64,000 bases of DNA from Eledone cirrhosa (lineage: Eukaryota), in NCBI GenBank assembly GCA_964016885.1, contig OZ024745.1, positions 6,944,001 through 7,008,000 of the forward strand, in the 5' to 3' direction. Numbering within the stretch: position 1 is the first letter of the stretch; each line of letters opens with the position of its first letter. Positions 51,101 through 63,800 of the stretch are shown in pieces. The translations under genes were made by a program, and so were the position numbers. A model generated the notes under the pieces. It saw only the letters and a program-made list of their open reading frames with translations. It was not told the DNA's origin and did not search any database.

Positions 51101-53476
51101 TATATATAGTATTGCATAGTATATATAGTATTGCATAATATATAGTATTGCATAGTATATATAGTATTGTATATAGTATATATCGTATTGCATAGTATAT
51201 ATAGCATATATAGTATTGTATAGTATATATAGTATTGTATGGTATATATATTATTGTATATAGTATATATAGTATTGCATAGTATTGTATAGTATATATA
51301 GTATTGTATAGTATATATAGGATTGTATAGTATATATAGTGTTGTATAGTATATATAGTATTGTATAGTATATATTGTATTGTATAGTATATATTGTATT
51401 GTATAGTATATATATTATTGTATAGTATATATACTATTGTATAGTATATATTGTATTGTATAGTTTATATAGTATTGTATATAGTATATGTAGTATTGTA
51501 TATAGTATATGTAGTATTGTATATAGTATATGTAGTATTGTATATAGTATATGTAGTATTGTATATAGTATATGTAGTATTGTATATAGTATATGTAGTA
51601 TTATATATAGCATATATAGTATTGTATAGTATATATAGTATTGTATAGTATATATATATATAGTATTGTATAGAGTATATATATATATATAGTATTGTAT
51701 AGTATATATATATATAGTATTGTATAGTATATATATATATAGTATTGTATAGAGTATATATATATAGTATTGTATAGTATATATATATATAGTATTGTAT
51801 AGTATATATATATATAGTATTGTATAGAGTATATATATATATAGTATTGTATATAATATATATATATATATAGTATTGTATATAATATATATATATATAT
51901 AGTATTGTATATAGTATATATATATATAGTATTGTATATAGTATATATATATATAGTATTGTATATAGCATATATATAGTATTGTATATAGTATATATAT
52001 AGTACTGTATATAGTATATATATAGTACTGTATATAGTATATATATAGTACTGTATATAGTATATATATAGTACTGTATATAGTATATATATATAGTATT
52101 GCATAGTATATATAGTATTGCATAATATATATAGTATTGCATAATATATATAGTATTGCATAGTATATATAGTATTGTATATAGTATATATCGTATTGCA
52201 TAGTATATATAGCATATATAGTATTGTATAGTATATATAGTATTGTATGGTATATATATTATTGTATATATTATATATAGTATTGCATAGTATTGTATAG
52301 TATATATAGTATTGTATAGTATATATAGTATTGTATAGTATATATAGTATTGTATAGTATATATAGTATTGCATAGTATATATAGTATTGTATAGTATAT
52401 ATAGTATTGTATAGTATATATAGTATTGTATAGTATATATAGTATTGTATAGTATATATAATAGTGTATATAGTATATATAATAGTGTATAGTATATATA
52501 GTATTGTATATAGTAGTGTATAGTATATATAGGATTGAATAGTATATATAGTATTGTATAGAATTGTATATAGTATATATAGTATTGTATTTGGTATATA
52601 TAGTATTGTATTTGGTATATATATTATTGTATATAGTATTTATAGTATTGTATATAGTATATATTGTATTGTATATAGTATATATTGTATTGTATATAGT
52701 ATATATTGTATTGTATATAGTATATATTGTATTGTATATAGTATATATTGTATTGTATATTGTATATATAGTATTGTATATAGTATGTATTGTATATTGT
52801 ATATATAGTATTGTATATTGTATATATAGTATTGTATATAGTATATATGGTATTGCATAGTATATATAATATTGCATAGTATATATAATATTGCATAGCA
52901 TATATAGTATTGCATAGTATATATAGTATTTATATAGTATATATAGTATTTATATAGTATATATAGTATTGCATAGTATATATAGTATAGCATAGTATAT
53001 ATAGTATTGCATAGTATTGTATAGTATATATAGTATTGTATAGTATATATAGTATTGTATAGTATATATAGTATTGTATAGTATATATAGTATTGTATAG
53101 TATATATAGTATTGTATAGTATATATAGTATTGTATAGTATATATAGTATCGTATAGTATATATAATATTGTATAGTATATATTGTAATTTATATTATAT
53201 ATAGTATTGTATAGTATATATAGTATTGTATAGTATATATAGTATTGTATAGTATATATAGTATTGTATAGTATATATAGTATTGTATAGTATATATAGT
53301 ATTGTATAGTATATCGAATAGTGTATAGTATATATAGGAGTGTATATAGTATATATAATAGTGTATAGTATATATAGTATTGTATATAGTATATATAATA
53401 GTGTATAGTATATATAGGATTGAATAGTATATATAGTATTGTATAGAATTGTATATAGTATATAAAGTATTGTATA

Positions 53477-53534
53477 GAGTTTTCCTTCTCCTAGAATTCT
53501 GCCTTGCAAAGGCTAAGGGGTCATCTCTCCCAGC
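53477..53534 (-). mobile_element. 58-bp non-satellite island, probable fragment of an RTE-clade LINE 5' UTR or an RTE-derived SINE body (copy 1)
   Basis: The sequence is GAGTTTTCCTTCTCCTAGAATTCTGCCTTGCAAAGGCTAAGGGGTCATCTCTCCCAGC, about 50% GC in an array of about 15-17% GC. The minus strand ends TAGCCTT..AAGGCA..TCTAGGAGAAGGAAAACTC, which I recall as an RTE 5' motif. That the island is non-satellite is clear; the family call is recall only and was not searched. Confidence 0.6.
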
Positions 53535-56500
53535 ATAGTATATATAGTATTGTATATAGTATTGCATAGTATATTTAGCATATATAGTATTGTATAGTAT
53601 ATATAGTATTGTATAGTGTATATAGTATCATATAGTATATATAGTATCATATAGTATATATAGTATAATATAGTATATATAGTATTCTATACAATATATA
53701 TAGTATTTTATAGTTTATATAGTATTCTATATAGTATATATAGTATTCTATATAATATATATAGTATTTTATATTATATATAGTATTGCATAGTATATAT
53801 AGTATCGTATATAATATATATAGTATTTTATAGTATATATAGTATTGTATAGTATATATAGTATTGTATAGTATATATAGTATTGTATAGTATATATAGT
53901 ATTGTATAGTATATATAGTATTGTATAGTATATATAGTATTGTATAGTATATATAGTATTGTATAGTATATATAGTATTGTATAGTATATATAGTATTGT
54001 ATAGTATATATAGTATTGTATAGTATATATAGTATTGTATAGTATATATAGTATTGTATAGTATATATAGTATTGTATAGTATATATAGTATTGTATATA
54101 GTATATATAGTATTGTATATAGTATATATAGTATTGTATATAGTATATATAGTATTGTATATAGTATATATAGTATTGTATATAGTATATATAGTATTGT
54201 ATATAGTATATATAGTATTGTATATAGTATATATAGTATTGTATATAGTATATATAGTATTGTATATAGTATATATAGTATTGTATAGTATATATAGTAT
54301 TGTATATAGTATATATAGTACTGTATAGTATATAGAGTATTGTATATAGTATATATAGTATTTCATACTATATATAGTATTGTATAATATATATAGTATT
54401 TTTTATAGTATATATAGTATTGTATAGTACTGTATAGTATATATAGTATTGTATAGTATATATAGTATTGTATAGTATATATAGTATTGTATAGTATATA
54501 TAGTATTGTATAGTATATATAGTATTGTATAGTATATATAGTATTGTATAGTATATATAGTATTGTATAGTATATATAGTATTGTATATTACATATATTA
54601 TTGTATAGTATTGTATAGTATATATAGTATTGTATAGTATATATAGTATTGTATATAGTATATATAGTATTGTATACTATATATATTATATACTGTATAT
54701 ATACTATTGTATAGTATATATATAGTATTGTATAGTATATATATAGTATTGTATAGTATATATATAGTATTGTATAGTATATATATAGTACTGTATAGTA
54801 TATATATAGTATCGTATAGTATATATATAGTATTGTATAGTATATATATAGTATTGTATAGTATATATATAGTATTGTATAGTATATATATAGTATTGTA
54901 TAGTATATATATAGTATTGTATAGTATATATATAGTATTGTATAGTATATATATAGTATTGTATAGTATATATATAGTATTGTATAGTATATATATAGTA
55001 TTGTATAGTATATATATAGTATTGTATAGTATATATATAGTATTGTATAGTACATATAGTATAGTATAATACATATAGTATTGCATAGTATATATAGTAT
55101 TGTATAGTATATATTGTATTGTATAGTATATATTGTATTGTATAATATATATTGTATTGTATAGTATATATTGTATTGTATAGTATATATAGTATTGTAT
55201 AGTATATATAGTATTGTATAGTATATATAGTATTGTATAGTATATATAGTATTGTATAGTATATATAGTATTGTATAGTATATATAGTATTGTATAGTAT
55301 ATATAGTATTGTATAGTATATATAGTATTGTATAGTATATATAGTATTGTATAGTATATAGTGTATTGTATAGTATATAGAGTATTGTATAGTATATAGA
55401 GTATTGTATAGTATATAGAGTATTGTATAGTATATATAGTATTGTATATAGTATATATAGTATTGTATACTATATATATTATATACTGTATATATAGCAT
55501 TGTATAGTATATATATATAGTATTGTATAGTATATATATATAGTATTGTATAGTATATATATATAGTATTGTATAGTATATATATATAGTATTGTATAGT
55601 ATATATATAGTATTGTATAGCATATATATAGTATTGTATAGCATATATATAGTATTGTATAGTATATATATAGTATTGTATAGTATATATATATAGTATT
55701 GTATAGTATATATATATAGTATTGTATAGTATATATATATAGTATTGTATAGTATATATATAGTATTGTATAGTATATATATATTATTATATAGTATTGT
55801 ATAGTATATATATATAGTATTGTATAGTATATATATATAGTATTGTATAGTATATATATAGTATTGTATAGCATATATATAGTATTGTATAGCATATATA
55901 TAGTATTGTATAGTATATATATAGTATTGTATAGTATATATATATAGTATTGTATAGTATATATATATAGTATTGTATAGTATATATATATAGTATTGTA
56001 TAGTATATATATAGTATTGTATAGTATATATATATTATTGTATAGTATATATATTATTGTATAGTATATATATAGTATTGTATAGTATATATAGTATTGT
56101 ATAATACATATAGTATTTTATAGTATATATAATATTGTATATCGTATATATAGTATTGTATATAGTATATATAGTATTGTATATAGTATATATAGTATTG
56201 TATATAGTATATATAGTATTGTATGTAGTATATATAGAATTGTATAGTGTATATAGTATTGTATAGTATATATAGTATTGTATATAGTATTGTATATCGT
56301 ATATATAGTATTGTATAATATATATATTGTATTGTATAGTATATATATTGTATTGTATAGTATATATCGTATTGTATATAGTATATATAATATTGTATAG
56401 TATACATAGTATTGTATATAGTATATCTCATTGTATATTATATAAGTATTTTATAGTATATAAAGTATTTTATAGTATATAAAGTATTTTATAGTATATA

Positions 56501-57795
56501 TAGTATTGTATTGTATATATAGTATTGTATATAGTATATATAGTATTGTACAGTATATATAGTATTTATATAGTATATATAGTATTGCATAGTATATATA
56601 TAGTATTTTATAGTATATATAGGATTGTATATAGTATATATAATATTGTATATAGTATATATAGTATTGTATATAGTATTTATATCGTATTGTATAGTAC
56701 ATATCGTATTGTATAGTACATATAGTATTGTATATTATATATAGTATTGTATAGTATATATAGTATTGTATAGTATATATAGTATTGTATAGTATATATA
56801 TTATTGCATAGTATATCTAGTATTGTATAGTATATATAGTATTGTATAGTATATATAGTATTGTATAGTATATATAATAGTGTATATAGTATATATAATA
56901 GTGTATAGTATATATAGTATTGTATATAGTAGTGTATAGTATATATAGGATTGAATAGTATATATAGTATTGTATAGAATTGTATATAGTATATATAGTA
57001 TTGTATTTGGTATATATAGTATTGTATTTGGTATATATAGTATTGTATATAGTATTTATAGTATTGTATATAGTATATATTGTATTGTATATAGTATATA
57101 TTGTATTGTATATAGTATATATTGTATTGTATATAGTATATATTGTATTGTATATTGTATATATAGTATTGTATATAGTATGTATTGTATATTGTATATA
57201 TAGTATTGTATATTGTATATATAGTATTGTATATAGTATATATGGTATTGCATAGTATATATAATATTGCATAGTATATATAATATTGCATAGTATATAT
57301 AGTATTGCATAGTATATATAGTATTTATATAGTATATATAGTATTTATATAGTATATATAGTATTGCATAGTATATATAGTATAGCATAGTATATATAGT
57401 ATTGCATAGTATTGTATAGTATATATAGTATTGTATAGTATATATAGTATTGTATAGTATATATAGTATTGTATAGTATATATAGTATTGTATAGTATAT
57501 ATAGTATTGTATAGTATATATAGTATCGTATAGTATATATAATATTGTATAGTATATATTGTACTTTATATTATATATAGTATTGTATAGTATATATAGT
57601 ATTGTATAGTATATAGAGTAGTGTATAGTATATATAGTAGTGTATATAGTATATATAATAGTGTATAGTATATATAGTATTGTATATAGTATATATAATA
57701 GTGTATAGTATATATAGTATTGTATAGTATATATAGGATTGAATAGTATATATAGTATTGTATAGAATTGTATATAGTATATAAAGTATTGTATA

Positions 57796-57854
57796 GAGTT
57801 TTCCTTCTCCTAGAATTCTGCCTTGACAAAGGCTAAGGGGTCATCTCTCCCAGC
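57796..57854 (-). mobile_element. 59-bp non-satellite island, probable RTE-related fragment (copy 2)
   Basis: Identical to copy 1 except for one extra A at 57826 (CCTTGACAAAGG versus CCTTGCAAAGG). The flanks are the same on both sides, so it was copied by the 4.3-kb duplication. Confidence 0.6.
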
Positions 57855-60800
57855 ATAGTATATATAGTATTGTATATAGTATTGCATAGTATATTTAGCA
57901 TATATAGTATTGTATAGTATATATAGTATTGTATAGTGTATATAGTATCATATAGTATATATAGTATCATATAGTATATATAGTATAATATAGTATATAT
58001 AGTATTCTATACAATATATATAGTATTTTATAGTTTATATAGTATTCTATATAGTATATATAGTATTCTATATAATATATATAGTATTTTATATTATATA
58101 TAGTATTGCATAGTATATATAGTATCGTATATAATATATATAGTATTGTATCGTATATATAGTATTGTATCGTATATATAGTATTGTATCGTATATATAG
58201 TATTGTATAGTATATATAGTATTGTATAGTATATATAATATTGTATATAGTATATATAGTGTTGCATACTATATATAGTATTGTATATAGTATATATAGT
58301 ATTGTATATACTATATATAGTATTCTATATAATATATATAGTATTGTATAGTATATATAGTATTGTATAGTATATATAGTATTCTATAGTATATATAGTA
58401 TTGTATAGTATATATAGTATTGTATAGTATATATAGTATTGTATAGTATATATAGTATCGTATAGTATATATAGTATTGTATATAGTATATATAGTATTG
58501 TATATAGTATATATAGTATTGTATATAGTATATATAGTATTGTATATAGTATATATAGTATTGTATATAGTATATATAGTATTGTATATAGTATATATAG
58601 TATTGTATATAGTATATATAGTATTGTATAGTATATATAGTATTGTATATAGTATATATAGTACTGTATAGTATATAGAGTATTGTATATAGTATATATA
58701 GTATTGCATACTATATATAGTATTTTTTATAGTATATATAGTATTGTATAGTATATATAGTATTGTATAGTACTGTATAATATATATAGTATTGTATAGT
58801 ATATATAGTATTGTATAGTATATATAGTATTGCATAGTATATATAGTATTGTATAGTATATATAGTATTGTATAGTATATATAGTATTGTATAGTATATA
58901 TAGTATTGTATAGTATATATAGTATTGTATAGTATATATATTATTGTATAGTATTGTATAGTATATATAGTATTGTATAGTATATATAGTATTGTATATA
59001 GTATATATAGTATTGTATACTATATATATTATATACTGTATATATAGTATTGTATAGTATATATATAGTATTGTATAGTATATATATAGTATTGTATAGT
59101 ATATATATAGTATTGTATAGTATATATATAGTATTGTATAGTATATATATAGTACTGTATAGTATATATATAGTATCGTATAGTATATATATAGTATTGT
59201 ATAGTATATATATAGTATTGTATAGTATATATATAGTATTGTATAGTATATATATAGTATTGTATAGTATATATATAGTATTGTATAGTATATATATAGT
59301 ATTGTATAGTATATATATAGTATTGTATAGTATATATATAGTATTGTATAGTACATATAGTATAGTATAATACATATAGTATTGCATAGTATATATAGTA
59401 TTGTATAGTATATATTGTATTGTATAGTATATATTGTATTGTATAGTATATATTGTATTGTATAGTATATATTGTATTGTATAGTATATATTGTATTGTA
59501 TAGTATATATAGTATTGTATAGTATATATAGTATTGTATAGTATATATAGTATTGTATAGTATATATAGTATTGTATAGTATATATAGTATTGTATAGTA
59601 TATATAGTATTGTATAGTATATATAGTATTGTATAGTATATATAGTATTGTATAGTATATAGCATTGTATAGTATATATAGTATTGTATAGTATATAGCA
59701 TTGTATAGTATATATAGTATTGTATAGTATATAGTGTATTGTATAGTATATAGTGTATTGTATAGTATATAGAGTATTGTATAGTATATAGAGTATTGTA
59801 TAGTATATAGAGTATTGTATAGTATATATAGTATTGTATATAGTATATATAGTATTGTATACTATATATATTATATACTGTATATATAGCATTGTATAGT
59901 ATATATATATAGTATTGTATAGTATATATATATAGTATTGTATAGTATATATATATAGTATTGTATAGTATATATATAGTATTGTATAGCATATATATAG
60001 TATTGTATAGTATATATATATATATTATTGTATAGTATATATATAGTATTGTATAGTACATATAGTATAGTATAATACATATAGTATTGCATAGTATATA
60101 TAGTATTGTATAGTATATATTGTATTGTATAGTATATATTGTATTGTATAGTATATATTGTATTGTATAGTATATATTGTATTGTATAGTATATATAGTA
60201 TTGTATAGTATATATAGTATTGTATAGTATATATAGTATTGTATAGTATATATAGTATTGTATAGTATATATAGTATTGTATAGTATATATAGTATTGTA
60301 TAGTATATAGCATTGTATAGTATATATAGTATTGTATAGTATATATAGTATTGTATAGTATATATAGTATTGTATGATATATATAGTATTGTATAGTATA
60401 TAGTGTATTGTATAGTATATAGAGTATTGTATAGTATATAGAGTATTGTATAGTATATAGAGTATTGTATAGTATATAGAGTATTGTATAGTATATATAG
60501 TATTGTATATAGTATATATAGTATTGTATACTATATATATTATATACTGTATATATAGCATTGTATAGTATATATATATAGTATTGTATAGTATATATAT
60601 AGTATTGTATAGTATATATATAGTATTGTATAGTATATATATAGTATTGTATAGTATATATATAGTATTGTATAGTATATATATAGTATTGTATAGTATA
60701 TATATAGTATTGTATAGTACATATAGTATTGTATAATACATATAGTATTTTATAGTATATATAATATTGTATATAGTATATATAGTATTGTATATAGTAT

Positions 60801-60899
60801 ATATAGTATTGTATATAGTATATATAGTATTGTATATAGTATATATAGTATTGTATATAGTATATATAGTATTGTATATAGTATATATAGTATTGTATA

Positions 60900-63800
60900 G
60901 TGTATATAGTATTGTATGTAGTATATATAGAATTGTATAGTGTATATAGTATTGTATAGTATATATAGTATTGTATATAGTATTGTATATCGTATATATA
61001 GTATTGTATAATATATATATTGTATTGTATAGTATATATATTGTATTGTATAGTATATATCGTATTGTATATAGTATATATAATATTGTATAGTATACAC
61101 AGTATTGTATATAGTATATCTCATTGTATATTATATAAGTATTTTATAGTATATATAGTATTGTATTGTATATATAGTATTGTATATAGTATATTTAGTA
61201 TTGTACAGTATATATAGTATTTATATAGTATTGCATAGTATATATATAGTATTTTATAGTATATATAGGATTGTATATAGTATATATAATATTGTATATA
61301 GTATATATAGTATATATAGTATTGTATATAGTATTTATATCGTATTGTATAGTACATATAGTATTGTATATTATATATAGTATTGTATAGTATATATAGT
61401 ATTGTATAGTATATATAGTATTGTATATAGTATATATAGTATTGTATATAGTATATATAGTATTGTATAGTATATATAGTATTGTATATAGTATATATAG
61501 TATTGTATAGTATATATAGTATTGTATAGTATATATAGAATTGTATATAGTATATATATAATTGTATATAGTATATATAGTATTGTATAGTATATATAGT
61601 GCTATATACTATATATAGTATTGTATAGTATTGTATAGTATATATAGTATTGTATAGTATATATAGTATTGTATAGTATATATAGTATCGTATAGTATAT
61701 ATAGTATTGTATATAGTATATATAGTATTGTATATAGTATTGTATATAGTATATATAGTATTGTATATAGTATATATAGTATTGTATATAGTATATATAG
61801 TATTGTATATAGTATATATAGTATTGTATATAGTATATATAGTATTGTATATAGTATATATAGTATTGTATATAGTATATATAGGATTGTATAGTATATA
61901 TAGTATTGTATATAGTATTGTATAGTATTGTATATAGTATTCTATAGTATATATAGTATTGTATAGTATTGAATATAGTATATATTGTATTGTATATAGC
62001 ATATATAGTATTGTATAGTCTATATAGTATTATATATAGTATATATAATATTGTATATAGTATATATAGTATTGTATATGGTATATATAGTATTGTATAT
62101 GGTATATATATTATTGTATAGTATATATTGTATTGTGTATAGTATATATTGTATTGTGTATAGTATATATAGTATTGTATATAGTATATATAGTATTGTA
62201 TATAGTATATATAGTATTGTATATAGTATACATAGTATTGTATATAATATATATAGTATTGTATAGTATATATAGTATTGTATATTATATATAGTATTGT
62301 ATAGTATATATAGTAATGTATATAGTATATATAGTATTGTATATAGTATTGTATAGTATATATAGTATATATAGTATTGTATAGTATATATAGTATTGTA
62401 TAATATATATAGTATTGTATAGTATATATAGTATTGTATATAGTATTGTATATAGTATAGTATTGTATATAATATATATAGTATTGTATATAGTATATAG
62501 TATTGTATATAGTATATTTAGTATTGTATATAATATATATAGTATTGTTTTGTATATATAGTATGTATAGTATATGTAGTATATATAGTATTGTATATAG
62601 TATACATAGTATTGTATATAATATATATAGTATTGTATAGTATATATAGTATTGTATAGTATATATAGTATTGTATAGTATATATAGTATTGTATATAGT
62701 ATTGTATAGTATATATAGTATATATAGTATTGTATAGTATATATAGTATTGTATAGTATATATAGTATTGTATAGTATATATAGTATTGTATAGTATATA
62801 TAGTATTGTATAGTATATATAGTATTGTATATAGTATATAGAGTATTGTATAGTATATTGTATATGTAGTATTGTATAGTATCGTATATATATATATATA
62901 TATATATAGTATTGTATGGTATATATATTATTGTATATGGTATATATATTATTGTATATAGTATATATAGTATTGCATAGTATATATAGTATTGCATAGT
63001 ATATATAGTATTGCATAGTATATATAGCATTGTATATTATATATAGGATTGTATATTATATATAGGATTGTATAGTATGTATATTATTGTATATAGTATT
63101 TATAGTATTGTATAGTATATATAGTATTGTATATAGTATATATAGTATTGCACAGTATATATAGTATTGTATATAGTATATATAGTATTGCATAGTACAT
63201 ATAGTATATATAGTATTGTATAGTATATATAGTATTGTATATAGTATATATAGAATTGTATAGTGTATATAGTATTGTATAGTATATATAGTATTGTATA
63301 TAGTATTGTATATCGTATATATAGTATTGTATAATATATATATTGTATTGTATTGTTTATATATTGTATTGTATAGTATATATCGTATTGTATATAGTAT
63401 ATATAATATTGTATAGTATACATAGTATTGTATATAGTATATATAGTATTGTATATAGTATATATAATGTTGTATATAGTATATATAGTGTTGTATATAG
63501 TATATATAGTGTTGTATATAGTATATATAGTGTTGTATATAGTATATATAGTATTGTATATAGTATATATAGTATTGTATAGTATATATAGTATAGTATA
63601 TAATATATATAGTATTCTATAGTATATATAGTATTCTATAGTATATATAGTATTGTATAGTATATATAGTTATGTATATAGTATATATAGTATTGTATAT
63701 AGTATATATAGTATTGTATAATATATATAGTATTGTATAGTATATATAGTATTGTATATAGTATTGTATATAGTATAGTATTGTATATAATATATATAGT

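Larger units (their letters stand above)
52300..60720. repeat. Duplication of an about 4.3-4.4-kb unit that includes the non-satellite island
   Basis: Shared TATTTGGTA variants and GGATTGAAT (52532/56948 and 53417/57736). Island offset is about 4320. ORF offsets are 52554/56970 (4416), 52993/57388 (4395), 54328/58671 (4343) and 55069/59370 (4301). Confidence 0.92.

Noticed and set aside
53190-53567. ORFs with complex-looking peptide (AGRDDPLAFARQNSRRRK; also 57566-57829)
   Set aside because: This is read-through of the 58-bp island. The 1-bp indel changes the frame between copies and the flanks are satellite.
54677-54697. Resemblance of TATATATTATATACTGT to the human satellite 1A 42-bp unit, as recalled
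   Set aside because: It is a short low-complexity match derivable from the local monomer by a few substitutions, and there is no 42-bp A/B structure. I cannot assign a species or named satellite family.
53477-57854. CRISPR-like repeat/spacer interpretation
   Set aside because: Monomers are directly adjacent with no unique spacers, the two islands are copies of one sequence, and there are no cas genes or leader.
53477-57854. The two islands as LTRs or terminal repeats of a 4.4-kb element
   Set aside because: Identity extends far into the flanks on both sides, there are no TG...CA ends or primer-binding site, and the interior is satellite. Segmental duplication explains it.
3941-63622. Plus-strand VYSIYSI / VYIVLYI ORFs that look like membrane peptides
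   Set aside because: They appear wherever 21-bp monomers keep the TAG codons out of frame, so they are a product of repeat length.
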